Below, piece by piece: positions 20,040 through 29,149 of a stretch of 64,000 nucleotides of DNA. The stretch is from the sequence record PV808484.1; one strand, given 5' to 3'. Both the position numbers and the translations under genes were made by a program. Numbering within the stretch: position 1 is the stretch's first letter; each line of letters opens with the position of its first letter. The notes under the pieces are model-generated. The model saw only the letters and a list, made by a program, of their open reading frames with translations. It did not search any database and was not told where the DNA came from. The stretch is from a phage.

Positions 20040-20239
20040 TATACACCAGCCTTAAGATCAATTAAAGCCAAAGTTGTTTCAGAGTGTGTTTGCTCGTCTA
20101 CAGGTGCAGTCATATGATAATACAAAAAGTCTTCGGCATCATACCAATCTGACTCTTGACCTTGTTTCCAACCATCAATGAAAGCATCTTCCATAATGGT
20201 TTGTAACTCTTCACGAGTTAAGTGAATATCTTTACTCAT
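20039..20239 (-). CDS. hypothetical protein
   Basis: 66-aa ORF. Confidence 0.4.
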   Translation of the reverse strand: MSKDIHLTREELQTIMEDAFIDGWKQGQESDWYDAEDFLYYHMTAPVDEQTHSETTLALIDLKAGV

Positions 20240-20472
20240 TACACATTCTCCTCTTTTACCAATTCCATCGTTGAACTATCAAAACCATCTTTAGAAGAAT
20301 AGGTATAGACAGAACGTAGTTCTCGCAGGACAGTGAATACATTAGGATCATCTAACCAAGCATCCTGGAGGAGAACATAACGATCTTCATTGTCGTACTG
20401 GACGGCAATCATAGAACCAGACAGTTTGTAAATTTTAATATTCATAATATATTTCTCCTTAAAGTAGACCAC
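20239..20472 (-). CDS. hypothetical protein
   Basis: 77-aa ORF. Confidence 0.4.
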   Translation of the reverse strand: MVYFKEKYIMNIKIYKLSGSMIAVQYDNEDRYVLLQDAWLDDPNVFTVLRELRSVYTYSSKDGFDSSTMELVKEENV

Positions 20473-21562
20473 GTTTAACAGTTTGAATCATACCATCTTC
20501 AAGAGATTGTACTTCTTGGATGTAATCAATACGAGCAGCACGGGCTTCAGTATTGATTCGGTTAGTTTCTTCTAACATTTTAACTAAGTTTTCTTGATCG
20601 CGACGTAATGTTTCAATATCCAATACTTGACGATTAGCAAGTTGTGTAGCTTCAATTTGGTTTTGTGCAGCCAGATCACTACCCATTGCAATAGCAGCAT
20701 TAAATTCGTTCAGTACATTGTTCTGTGTATCTGCTGCTTTCTTCTGGCGTAGACTTTCAATATACATAGAAAAGTTTGCAGAGTAAGCAGGGATAACATT
20801 ATTCACAATATTACGGGCTGATCGCATCAAACTTGCAGATACTTTCTGCATACTTTGTACACGTGGCCCCATCTGAACACAGAGTAAACGTAAGGCTTTC
20901 AGGTCTGCAATACGAATTTCAAGCAGATCCATAGTATCACGAGTACGTTGACGCTCTTCTACTTCATTTTCAGGTAGTGTATTAAGGCGAACTTCTTCTT
21001 TTTCATAAGTAGCTGTTAGAAGCTCTATATCCCTGTTTAAGCTAAGAGCATATTTGGCAATAGCCTCTTCTAAACGTTGCAGATATCGTAAAGAATCTTC
21101 TTCTTTTTTCAAGTCTGTTTGGAGTGTCTTTACCAAACCTTCAATACGATTATTGATGGTGTCAAATTCTCCAAACAAATCTTCTTTCATACCTAATACT
21201 TTCTTAACTAACTTACCTAAACCTTTAGATTGTTTAATAGAATTAGGATCAAGTTGCTTTGCTTGCTTAATAAGTGCAGTTAAACGTTCACTCATTTCAT
21301 CTCCCTGAGATGAACGCTGGTGTTTAAGCACTTCAGCATTAAGGTTACGAAGAGTAAGTCCTGCATCAGCACCAACTTGTTCAATCTCTTCACGAGACAT
21401 TGGAGGCAGCATTTGTACAGGTCGTGCAACAGCAGGGGCATATACAGGGCTTGCATCCATAGCACTTGGAGCAAACAAAGACTTACTTTTTTCTGTTGTT
21501 GCCGTGAATACACTCATTTCAGACGGTTTGCTTTTTACGGCACTGATAAAAGGACTGGACAT
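20459..21562 (-). CDS. coiled-coil protein, TelA-like (toxic anion resistance family) by context
   Basis: 367 aa, largely alpha-helical/coiled-coil; size and ter-gene neighbourhood suggest TelA; no diagnostic motif confirmed. Confidence 0.4.
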   Translation of the reverse strand: MSSPFISAVKSKPSEMSVFTATTEKSKSLFAPSAMDASPVYAPAVARPVQMLPPMSREEIEQVGADAGLTLRNLNAEVLKHQRSSQGDEMSERLTALIKQAKQLDPNSIKQSKGLGKLVKKVLGMKEDLFGEFDTINNRIEGLVKTLQTDLKKEEDSLRYLQRLEEAIAKYALSLNRDIELLTATYEKEEVRLNTLPENEVEERQRTRDTMDLLEIRIADLKALRLLCVQMGPRVQSMQKVSASLMRSARNIVNNVIPAYSANFSMYIESLRQKKAADTQNNVLNEFNAAIAMGSDLAAQNQIEATQLANRQVLDIETLRRDQENLVKMLEETNRINTEARAARIDYIQEVQSLEDGMIQTVKRGLL

Positions 21563-21630
21563 TCAATTTCCTCCATATTCTTTAGTAGATGGTGATACCT
21601 CTGTACCACCATCATAACACAAATTAAGTA

Positions 21631-22482
21631 TTAAACAAACATATCTAAATAATTTGTAGTAATAAATGCTCCATCTGCTTCCAGATTAACATAACCAGTA
21701 GCATTAGTGGTTAAGAAATCCAGATCGAAAGACTCTTTAACACCCCGTACCTCAACACGAGAGATATCGAATACAGGTAGTGTAACAGCCTCTTCGTGCA
21801 ATACCGTACCTTTGTAGGTTGCCTTAATGATAAACTTGATATTACCCGTTCCAGCATCATACAAAACACTTTCAAACCCTTTGAGAGTATACTTATCACC
21901 AGAAGTGAAGTGCAAAGTTGCTTTGTTTACAGTACGTTTCTTACGAGGAGTTCCTTTCACACGTTTATGATCACTACGTTTTTTGTACTTATGGAATAAT
22001 ACAAACGATACACTATCAAGAAAGGTATCAACATCAAGGATTTTAATATCCTCTGTTGCAGCAAATTTTGAAGTCGTTGCATCAAAATGCTTTTCCCTGC
22101 GATCATACATAAAGATATCAAAACGATCTTCTAAATCAAACAAATTATGTATCTTAATTTCAGAATGCTTGCACATTGCAGCAACCTTAAACTCTTCAAA
22201 ACGTGGGTGTTCTACCAGTTCTTCAAGTTTTACACCAAAGACAGTATATGGCTTCGAAGTTTTTTCTGGCGTTGGCATTACAGAAGCATAATCACCGATT
22301 GCGCTTTTAAAGCAAAATTGTTCTTGACCTGTATTTTTACCAACGAATTTACAATATTCGTCATCGTGCATACTTTCTTTGGTAGTACCAACAAACTCAA
22401 AACCATCTTTATTCTTCTCAAGAATTTCTTGATTAAAGATCCAACCTTCCAGGCGATACACTTTACCAACTTCTAGTTTCAT
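21631..22482 (-). CDS. hypothetical protein
   Basis: 283-aa ORF. Confidence 0.5.
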   Translation of the reverse strand: MKLEVGKVYRLEGWIFNQEILEKNKDGFEFVGTTKESMHDDEYCKFVGKNTGQEQFCFKSAIGDYASVMPTPEKTSKPYTVFGVKLEELVEHPRFEEFKVAAMCKHSEIKIHNLFDLEDRFDIFMYDRREKHFDATTSKFAATEDIKILDVDTFLDSVSFVLFHKYKKRSDHKRVKGTPRKKRTVNKATLHFTSGDKYTLKGFESVLYDAGTGNIKFIIKATYKGTVLHEEAVTLPVFDISRVEVRGVKESFDLDFLTTNATGYVNLEADGAFITTNYLDMFV

Positions 22483-22517
22483 CTGTTTCTCCTTCTTATT
22501 TAATCTGTATTAAATTA

Positions 22518-23108
22518 TTAACGACGACGTGAGCTACTAAAACTACGTTTCGACGAAGAATAACTTTTCGAAGACTTACTATAAGAGCTAATAGGACTTG
22601 AGTAAGACTTACGAGCAGAGTAATCACTATTCACTTTTGTTGTTGATGGGCGTGAATACGTTTGTACACTTTGCTGCTTAATTGTGTTTTGTTTAGTGGT
22701 TGTATATGTATTTACAGGTTTATCATAAAAACTACGCTTTTGTGTTGTATACGATTTACTGTTAGTTGTAGGAGCAGCATTGTTATTAATAATGGTTGTA
22801 TTGCTACCACCATCTCTATAACCACCACCGCCACTGTTACCACTTAACATATGACCAAGAAGCATACCTGTAGCAAACTCACCTACACCAGAAGAACCAC
22901 TGCCGCCTCCTTGCACAACAACTGTTGAAGGTTGTGCAGGTGCTGCTTGAACAACTTGAGGTGCAGGCTGATTTACATATTGTTCATCTACCATCTGATT
23001 TGGTGTTTGTTGGTAACGTTGATTTTGTACATTTTCAGAATCATCACAACCTACCAGCAATGCACTACCTAATACAACTGCAACAATAAAAGATTTAATG
23101 TTTTTCAT
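22518..23108 (-). CDS. lipoprotein with Gly/Ser/Tyr-rich low-complexity tail
   Basis: start moved to ATG 23108 (MKNIKSF..); lipobox LLVGC; GAGAGGG upstream. Confidence 0.55.
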   Translation of the reverse strand: MKNIKSFIVAVVLGSALLVGCDDSENVQNQRYQQTPNQMVDEQYVNQPAPQVVQAAPAQPSTVVVQGGGSGSSGVGEFATGMLLGHMLSGNSGGGGYRDGGSNTTIINNNAAPTTNSKSYTTQKRSFYDKPVNTYTTTKQNTIKQQSVQTYSRPSTTKVNSDYSARKSYSSPISSYSKSSKSYSSSKRSFSSSRRR

Positions 23109-23340
23109 TTGTAACCCTCTCATTTAAAGTCTCAACACAATTTTTAAAATCCCTAGAGAAACAATACATCTGTTCTCCGTTCCTGTTGATAGTAATTGTA
23201 TGGTTATCAATATATGTTGTCAAGATAAAAATCAAACAAAACAACCCTAAAGCAAAACAAATATTTTCAAACAGAATCCAAAGAACACGTAAAACTACCA
23301 TCAGATCACCTCAACAAAGCCCCCGAAGGGGCTTAATGAA

Positions 23341-24318
23341 TTAAGCAACAGTCTGGTCTTCTTTTTCAGGGAAGATTAAACTTGCAATAACACCCAGCCC
23401 CAGAGTACCTAACACAATATACATACTGATCGTCGGATCAATGTGTGCTGGCAGGAAACTCACTTTTGCGTGCAGAGTTTCTGCAAACGGGTGATACATC
23501 AGTTTTACACCCACAAATACCAGGACTACGATAACTGCTTTCTCCAGATGAACCAAATATTTCAGTGCAACACTAAGGACAAAGAACAGAGCACGTAGAC
23601 CTAAAATTGCACACAGCATTGAAGAAAATACAAGCAGAGGTTCTTGTGTCACTGCAATTACTGCTGGAACAGAGTCTACTGCAAAGATTACGTCAACCAT
23701 TTCCATTACAAACACACAAACCAGAGCCGGAGTTGCTACACGAACACCATTTTTGATTGTGAAGAACTTCTCACCATCCATCTGATCAGATACAGGGAAC
23801 AGCTTACGAACAATGCGAGTAGCCCAGTGTTTAGAGTAATCAACTTCTGCGTCATTATCTCCAGCGAATACCATTTTAGCTGCACAGAAAAGGATGACCG
23901 CACCGAAGAAGATATTAACATACCAGCCCAAACTCAACAAGTAAGTGCCTACTGCTACAAACACACCTCGGAAGACAATCGCACCTGCAATACCCCAAAG
24001 TAGAATCTTGTGTTGCAAGTGTGTGCTTTTAATACCAAAACTTGCGAATACTGCCACAAATACTACTAAGTTATCTACAGAAAGAGATTTCTCCAACACA
24101 TACCCACTCAAGAACAAGCTCGCAAAATCAGCACCGTGTTGGAAGTATACAAAACCATAGTAGGCTAATGATACCCCAATCCAGAAAATTGACCAGCCAA
24201 TTGCAGATTTAAATGAAATTTCTTTGTTTTCTCTGTGTCCAAAGAAATCAATACAAATTGACAAGACTAAAATACCCACTAAAACAACCACATCAATAAT
24301 TGGGAAACCCAGTTGCAT
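23341..24318 (-). CDS. TerC-family integral membrane protein
   Basis: 325 aa, multi-pass hydrophobic; LSVDNLVVF and AVDSVPAV motifs typical of TerC/Alx. Confidence 0.7.
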   Translation of the reverse strand: MQLGFPIIDVVVLVGILVLSICIDFFGHRENKEISFKSAIGWSIFWIGVSLAYYGFVYFQHGADFASLFLSGYVLEKSLSVDNLVVFVAVFASFGIKSTHLQHKILLWGIAGAIVFRGVFVAVGTYLLSLGWYVNIFFGAVILFCAAKMVFAGDNDAEVDYSKHWATRIVRKLFPVSDQMDGEKFFTIKNGVRVATPALVCVFVMEMVDVIFAVDSVPAVIAVTQEPLLVFSSMLCAILGLRALFFVLSVALKYLVHLEKAVIVVLVFVGVKLMYHPFAETLHAKVSFLPAHIDPTISMYIVLGTLGLGVIASLIFPEKEDQTVA

Positions 24319-24336
24319 TCTCTTCTCCTCTTTAAT

Positions 24337-24355
24337 GCGGAGGACAATCCTCCGC
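24337..24355. other. GC hairpin immediately upstream of TerC RBS
   Basis: GCGGAGGA-CAA-TCCTCCGC. Confidence 0.35.
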
Positions 24356-24395
24356 TCTATGTCTTATACTATAAACTGTTTTTAAAGAAAGTCAA

Positions 24396-24644
24396 CTAGT
24401 TCAGTTCTGTAATTTTAAGTTTATCTTCTTTGTTAATGATAGGGAAAGCTACAGCATCACCTACATCATCAATAAAGCAAATAGCAAGACCACCTTCCAC
24501 TTTGCTAACCTGACCGTTAAAAGCATGATACGGGGCAGGAACTTCATCCCCATCTTCAATGAGAATAGCCTCGTAAACCTTGCCGATAGTACAATCACGG
24601 GTGTTTATAAATTTTTCAAGCACTTCAACATTTACTTTACGCAT
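24396..24644 (-). CDS. hypothetical protein
   Basis: 82-aa ORF. Confidence 0.45.
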   Translation of the reverse strand: MRKVNVEVLEKFINTRDCTIGKVYEAILIEDGDEVPAPYHAFNGQVSKVEGGLAICFIDDVGDAVAFPIINKEDKLKITELN

Positions 24645-24658
24645 ATAAAGATCCTCTC

Positions 24659-24865
24659 TTATTTGTTAGATTGAAAGATACCACGGAGTACCGCAAGAAT
24701 GAACGTCACACAGACTACACTCCAAAACGTTACAGGAACATGATGCCAGTCTAAGCCGATAATGTCAATCATATAGTTGTATGCTAAAAGCAGTAGCCAA
24801 CTAGGGATTAACACAATCAAGAACACAACAATAAAACAACCTAATACTGCTAAAACACCTGCCAT
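24659..24865 (-). CDS. small membrane protein
   Basis: 68 aa, two hydrophobic segments. Confidence 0.45.
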   Translation of the reverse strand: MAGVLAVLGCFIVVFLIVLIPSWLLLLAYNYMIDIIGLDWHHVPVTFWSVVCVTFILAVLRGIFQSNK

Positions 24866-24874
24866 ACTTTCTCC

Positions 24875-25591
24875 TTATTTCAGTTTGTAAACAATTACAT
24901 TTAAACCTTTGTTTACTAGAGTTTCTTCGATCATAAGTTTTACAATATTCCAAGAACCTCCAGCCAAACCACAACCAAGCATTGGTAAACCTACAATTTT
25001 ACCGCCTGAAGATACAACATCGTCTCCCATACTATCTAGCGCATTGTAGATAGCTTCATAATTCAGGTCACGCTTACCTTCCTCACGACGACTATAACCA
25101 TATTGTCCATATAAATTATAAATTGTCAAATTGTTTTCTGTATATTTGGTAAACGTACCTAATTTTTTATAATCACCACGTTTAGTGGCACAATCTGCTT
25201 TAAACGCACCAGGCCACTTGCTTTTAATTTTTGGTGCAATACCACTACCCATAGTGCAAAAACAGTTACAGCAGTGTGCTATAGCGTCTATATCGCCTCT
25301 CTCGGCTGCTGCTAAAAGATCACCGTATACCTCAATGATACCTGCCGGATAACTTGTTACAATTTCATCTTCCCAATACATTTTCTCTACACCACCGATC
25401 AGTGCAAAGTTTTGTGTAATGCGATCATCAATATAGTTAAGACCTGAAACATACACAGCGTATTCATCCTGTGCTGTAATACCTTGCACACGAATTCTTA
25501 AGACACCATCTTTATCTGTTGCTACACGCCCAAAATCTTTTTCTGTAATATTGGTGATAGGATCTCCGAAAGTCATTACTTTATTAGACAT
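24875..25591 (-). CDS. macro-domain protein, TARG1/OARD1-like (DarG-type ADP-ribose hydrolase fold)
   Basis: start moved to ATG 25591; AHCCNCFCTMGSGIA and GLPMLGCGLAGGSW match TARG1 landmarks HC..MGxGIA and GCGL. Confidence 0.7.
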   Translation of the reverse strand: MSNKVMTFGDPITNITEKDFGRVATDKDGVLRIRVQGITAQDEYAVYVSGLNYIDDRITQNFALIGGVEKMYWEDEIVTSYPAGIIEVYGDLLAAAERGDIDAIAHCCNCFCTMGSGIAPKIKSKWPGAFKADCATKRGDYKKLGTFTKYTENNLTIYNLYGQYGYSRREEGKRDLNYEAIYNALDSMGDDVVSSGGKIVGLPMLGCGLAGGSWNIVKLMIEETLVNKGLNVIVYKLK

Positions 25592-26441
25592 AATAATCCC
25601 CTTTAACATTAGATTTGTTGATAATGTTGCTTTCAAAAAATTGACGTAGGAAATCAAAGTTCTCTTTGTATTTTTCAATGTTATTGTAACCTTCTGCAAG
25701 GCAACCAAAGAACAGTTGTTCTACATAATACAAAGGAAGTTGTGAAAGTGCAATTTTAAAATCAACTTCGCTTTGACTCATTAGATACTTAATAGGACGA
25801 ACCAAACATTTAGCATCAGTTTCTTGCTTAATCATTTTAATAAAAGCTGCCAGGTTATTGATATAGTTGAAGTTAAGTGCAGCTTCGGTATTGGCTTCTG
25901 TACCTTCATACTTTGCAAAGTACAGGAAAAACGTATCGTTTTCAACACCTTCTTTGTCTAAAATTTCAATAAGTTTTTCTTCGTGTGTTCCTGTAATATT
26001 AACATCATCAATGAAAACCAGAGTTTTATTACCCCAGAAATCACGATTGATAGAGAAAGTGTCACCATCGATCAAAGCCTTACGATCTTCTTTACTAAGA
26101 AATCCATAATCATTGATATAGCTCACTTTACGATGAACGATATCCCACTCCACTGCTTTACCTCCTTTGATAGAGATTAGGTAGTTGAGGTGATCTACAA
26201 AATGTTCAGATAACACTGTAGCTGCATTTTTCACATAGTTATATGGAGATGGAATAACAACAAAACTTTCATTTACCAGTCGTTCTTCATACTTGGAAAA
26301 GAAACTTTCAGCCAGAATGCGCCCCATTCTTTTTGCTGCCTGGTTACTACCAAACTTTAACTTGGAATAATCTGCAATGTTAAATTTTGCTTCCTTCAGG
26401 TTAGTAAAAGTATTAGCAAAATGTTGAATTTGATTACGCAT
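25584..26441 (-). CDS. type-I phosphoribosyltransferase-domain protein
   Basis: 285 aa; PRPP-binding-type motif LVFIDDVNITGTHEE. Confidence 0.55.
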   Translation of the reverse strand: MRNQIQHFANTFTNLKEAKFNIADYSKLKFGSNQAAKRMGRILAESFFSKYEERLVNESFVVIPSPYNYVKNAATVLSEHFVDHLNYLISIKGGKAVEWDIVHRKVSYINDYGFLSKEDRKALIDGDTFSINRDFWGNKTLVFIDDVNITGTHEEKLIEILDKEGVENDTFFLYFAKYEGTEANTEAALNFNYINNLAAFIKMIKQETDAKCLVRPIKYLMSQSEVDFKIALSQLPLYYVEQLFFGCLAEGYNNIEKYKENFDFLRQFFESNIINKSNVKGDYYV

Positions 26442-27090
26442 TAATAAGTTCCTCTTTTTTAAGTTTAGCCAACAAGTCTTCTGGATTAATAATATGACAG
26501 AACTTCATCCCTATGTCAACAGCTTTTCCATCATAGATCAAACTATCTCCAACGTGTAAAATCTCCTCTGGTGCGAGATCAAATGTTACCATTTCATCAA
26601 AAGAGAGTTTAAAAAACCTAGGATCTGGTTTACACAAGCAAAACTCATCAGAAAAATGCATAAAGTCGAATGGTAATTTTGTCAAGCTAGAATATACAGC
26701 TAAGAAACTACCAGGTACAAAATTGGTATTGCTTTTAATACTCAAAGAATAGGTTGAACTTAGCTCTTCCAACTTCTTGCAAAGTTCAGGGTTTAATATT
26801 GGAGGATGTTTTATAAACATTGCTAAACAGTCTCTTTTTAACCCATCTACTTTATCAAGATCAATGTTCAAATGAGCAGAAAGTGTTTCCCAAGCATTTC
26901 TAGATGTTCCACAAATGCCTTTTTCTGCTTTTAAATCCAGGAGAGTTTTTACCTCTTTATATACGGTAGCTGCTTCTACCTCAGAACAAGAGGCATACTC
27001 GGCAATAACCTTGTTGCGTTCTTCTGCATACAAAGGATTAGCAGTAATAAGAGTATTCCATACATCAAAAGAAATATGCTTAACAGTCAT
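26434..27090 (-). CDS. HAD-superfamily hydrolase (phosphatase)
   Basis: start moved to ATG 27090 (GGAGG upstream); FDVWNTL motif-I-like, HVGDSLIYDG motif-IV-like. Confidence 0.6.
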   Translation of the reverse strand: MTVKHISFDVWNTLITANPLYAEERNKVIAEYASCSEVEAATVYKEVKTLLDLKAEKGICGTSRNAWETLSAHLNIDLDKVDGLKRDCLAMFIKHPPILNPELCKKLEELSSTYSLSIKSNTNFVPGSFLAVYSSLTKLPFDFMHFSDEFCLCKPDPRFFKLSFDEMVTFDLAPEEILHVGDSLIYDGKAVDIGMKFCHIINPEDLLAKLKKEELINA

Positions 27091-27092
27091 TT

Positions 27093-27248
27093 TTAATCCT
27101 CCGTCCAAAAGAATATCATCTGCTTAATTTTATTGATCTCTTGATGTAGTAACTTTCCAGCATGTGATTGATCTTTAATATTGACAGCAAGAATTTCAAG
27201 CTCCGTTAGTTTTTCTTGGATAGCTTTATATTCATCATCTGTAAGCAT
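27093..27248 (-). CDS. small hypothetical protein (51 aa)
   Basis: not in ORF track; ATG 27248 with AAGGGGAAG upstream; stop abuts HAD gene start. Confidence 0.35.
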   Translation of the reverse strand: MLTDDEYKAIQEKLTELEILAVNIKDQSHAGKLLHQEINKIKQMIFFWTED

Positions 27249-27259
27249 TTTCTTCCCCT

Positions 27260-27463
27260 TTAGAATGGTAATCTTTGTATGTCACTTATCCCCACACCAA
27301 GAAGTCTAGCAATATCCTTATCTAAAAGCAACTCTTTTTGTTCTAAAATGTTAATCAGATCTCCTAATACTTCTTTAATGTCACGATCATTTTTAGCAAC
27401 GTGACCACCTGCGGTATCAACTTTATCTTTAAAAACAAAATAATGATCCATAATACCCTCCAT
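27260..27463 (-). CDS. hypothetical protein
   Basis: 67-aa ORF. Confidence 0.45.
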   Translation of the reverse strand: MEGIMDHYFVFKDKVDTAGGHVAKNDRDIKEVLGDLINILEQKELLLDKDIARLLGVGISDIQRLPF

Positions 27464-27470
27464 ATAAATA

Positions 27471-27490
27471 AAGGAGGCTTTCGCCTCCTT
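27471..27490 (-). terminator. rho-independent terminator
   Basis: AAGGAGGC-TTTC-GCCTCCTT downstream of ATPase gene stop. Confidence 0.5.
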
Positions 27491-27497
27491 TTATCAC

Positions 27498-28658
27498 TTA
27501 GTAAGAACGACCACCAAACACATACTCTGTGTAGTTTTTACGTTCTTTGTTTTTAATAACAACTTCAATGTTGTTACCTTTATCATCGGTGAACATAAAG
27601 TGATAACCGTCACCACCCATTGTACGGATGTGTTTTTCATCATACGTTAGCAAGATACGGTCTACACCCCAGTAGTAGTCACCTTCTTCATCTTTATCTT
27701 CTACGGTAACGATCCCTTCCATTTCAGGAAGATGCTCTTCACCTAGTTTATGGTCTACAGCTACAACATAACGATTACCGCTAAACAAACCTTGTGCTGT
27801 CATACCGTCAATATCGGTATCTGCCGAAACATCTCCTGTACGATCTACACCGTTAACTTTCAGAAGTTTAACCTCTTTTGCCGCATAGCGGTGTTCAGTA
27901 ATACTGATACCCATCAATGCAAGTGCATCAGAGAATTTGTCATTAGGGTAACGGTTAAGTTCTTCTACTAATGACTGAACAATATCAAAGTTCAAATCCA
28001 CGGAGAGATTATAAAGCGTTTCAAAATCTGGTAAGAAGGCTTTGTTCTCCAGATTTTTAGCCAGATAATCATCCATAGTAGCTTTAGGTAGTTTCTTATA
28101 GCTAAAACTGTAGAAAATACGGCTAGGACGATTACGCAAAAATTCTGATACATAACCATCATTTTTAGTCAATACAAACAGTTTGTCGTAGCCACCAACA
28201 CCATCCAGCAGGGTAAGCAAACCATCTTGTGCATCTTTTTCAGCATACAGTTTATCAAATTCATCGATCATAATCATCACAGGTTGTGTGATTTTAGACA
28301 TAAAATTGATAAAACCTTCGCCATTAAAAGCACTACCGATAGAAATAGTAGGAATACCCATTTCACGAAGAGCAGAAGACAGCATTTTAGCTTGCAAAGT
28401 TTTACCGCTACCTTTCGTACCTTCAAGGAGAACACCTGTGTTTTTACCTTTGCGGCTAAGGAACGTTTTGATAATACGTTCTGATTTATCATCAGTATCA
28501 CCGTATGTTACTGAAGGGACTTCCATATCGTTTTTAGGATACAGGAAGAACTCACCACTTTGAGTAACACCTACACCAAAAGTTCCTGCTGGAATTTCTT
28601 CAATATCTGTACCAGATTTCTGACGCAGAAAGATTTGATTGCCGAATACTGTAAACAT
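27498..28658 (-). CDS. P-loop ATPase, paralogue A
   Basis: 386 aa; Walker A GTKGSGKT, Walker B MIMIDEFDK; clear paralogue of 42904..44031. Confidence 0.6.
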   Translation of the reverse strand: MFTVFGNQIFLRQKSGTDIEEIPAGTFGVGVTQSGEFFLYPKNDMEVPSVTYGDTDDKSERIIKTFLSRKGKNTGVLLEGTKGSGKTLQAKMLSSALREMGIPTISIGSAFNGEGFINFMSKITQPVMIMIDEFDKLYAEKDAQDGLLTLLDGVGGYDKLFVLTKNDGYVSEFLRNRPSRIFYSFSYKKLPKATMDDYLAKNLENKAFLPDFETLYNLSVDLNFDIVQSLVEELNRYPNDKFSDALALMGISITEHRYAAKEVKLLKVNGVDRTGDVSADTDIDGMTAQGLFSGNRYVVAVDHKLGEEHLPEMEGIVTVEDKDEEGDYYWGVDRILLTYDEKHIRTMGGDGYHFMFTDDKGNNIEVVIKNKERKNYTEYVFGGRSY

Positions 28659-28678
28659 AGTTTTCTCCTCTATTTAAT

Positions 28679-29149
28679 TTAGTCAGATTCCCAAATGTTG
28701 TCTTTCTTAACCCACATTCGTTGATTATCTGAACCTCTATAACGTTTCGTTGTTGGTTGATTCATATCATACTTACCATCTATCACTATGTCAACCAGTT
28801 TTTTAATTTTCTCTGGAATTTCTTCAAAAAGATATCCTGTATATAAGACAATATCTTTTTTGTTTCCAAAACAATCTCTTACCTTCTCAAGAACATACTC
28901 TACAGTGTCAATGTTCTCTTTGTCAAGAGGTTCACCACCTAAAACTGTTAATCCTTTAATGAAAGGTCGAGATAAATCTTCCAAGATAAGATCTAATGTT
29001 TCAGCAGTGAACTCTTGTCCGTAGCTATACGACCAGGCTTTCTGGTTAAAGCAGCCACGGCAACCGTGGCTACAACCGCTCACCCACAAAGAGCATCTTA
29101 CACCGTCACCGTTGAGCATGTCAACAGGTTCATATCCGGCGTAATTCAA
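28679..29149 (-). CDS. nrdG: anaerobic ribonucleotide reductase activating protein
   Basis: 156 aa; radical-SAM cysteine cluster CSHGCRGC; directly downstream of nrdD. Confidence 0.75.
   Translation of the reverse strand: MNYAGYEPVDMLNGDGVRCSLWVSGCSHGCRGCFNQKAWSYSYGQEFTAETLDLILEDLSRPFIKGLTVLGGEPLDKENIDTVEYVLEKVRDCFGNKKDIVLYTGYLFEEIPEKIKKLVDIVIDGKYDMNQPTTKRYRGSDNQRMWVKKDNIWESD

Noticed and set aside
20459-21562. Alternative identity of the 367-aa coiled-coil protein as PspA/IM30 or a tape-measure fragment
   Set aside because: Too long for PspA, and it sits far from the tail genes inside the Ter-like block; TelA-like call kept but at low confidence.
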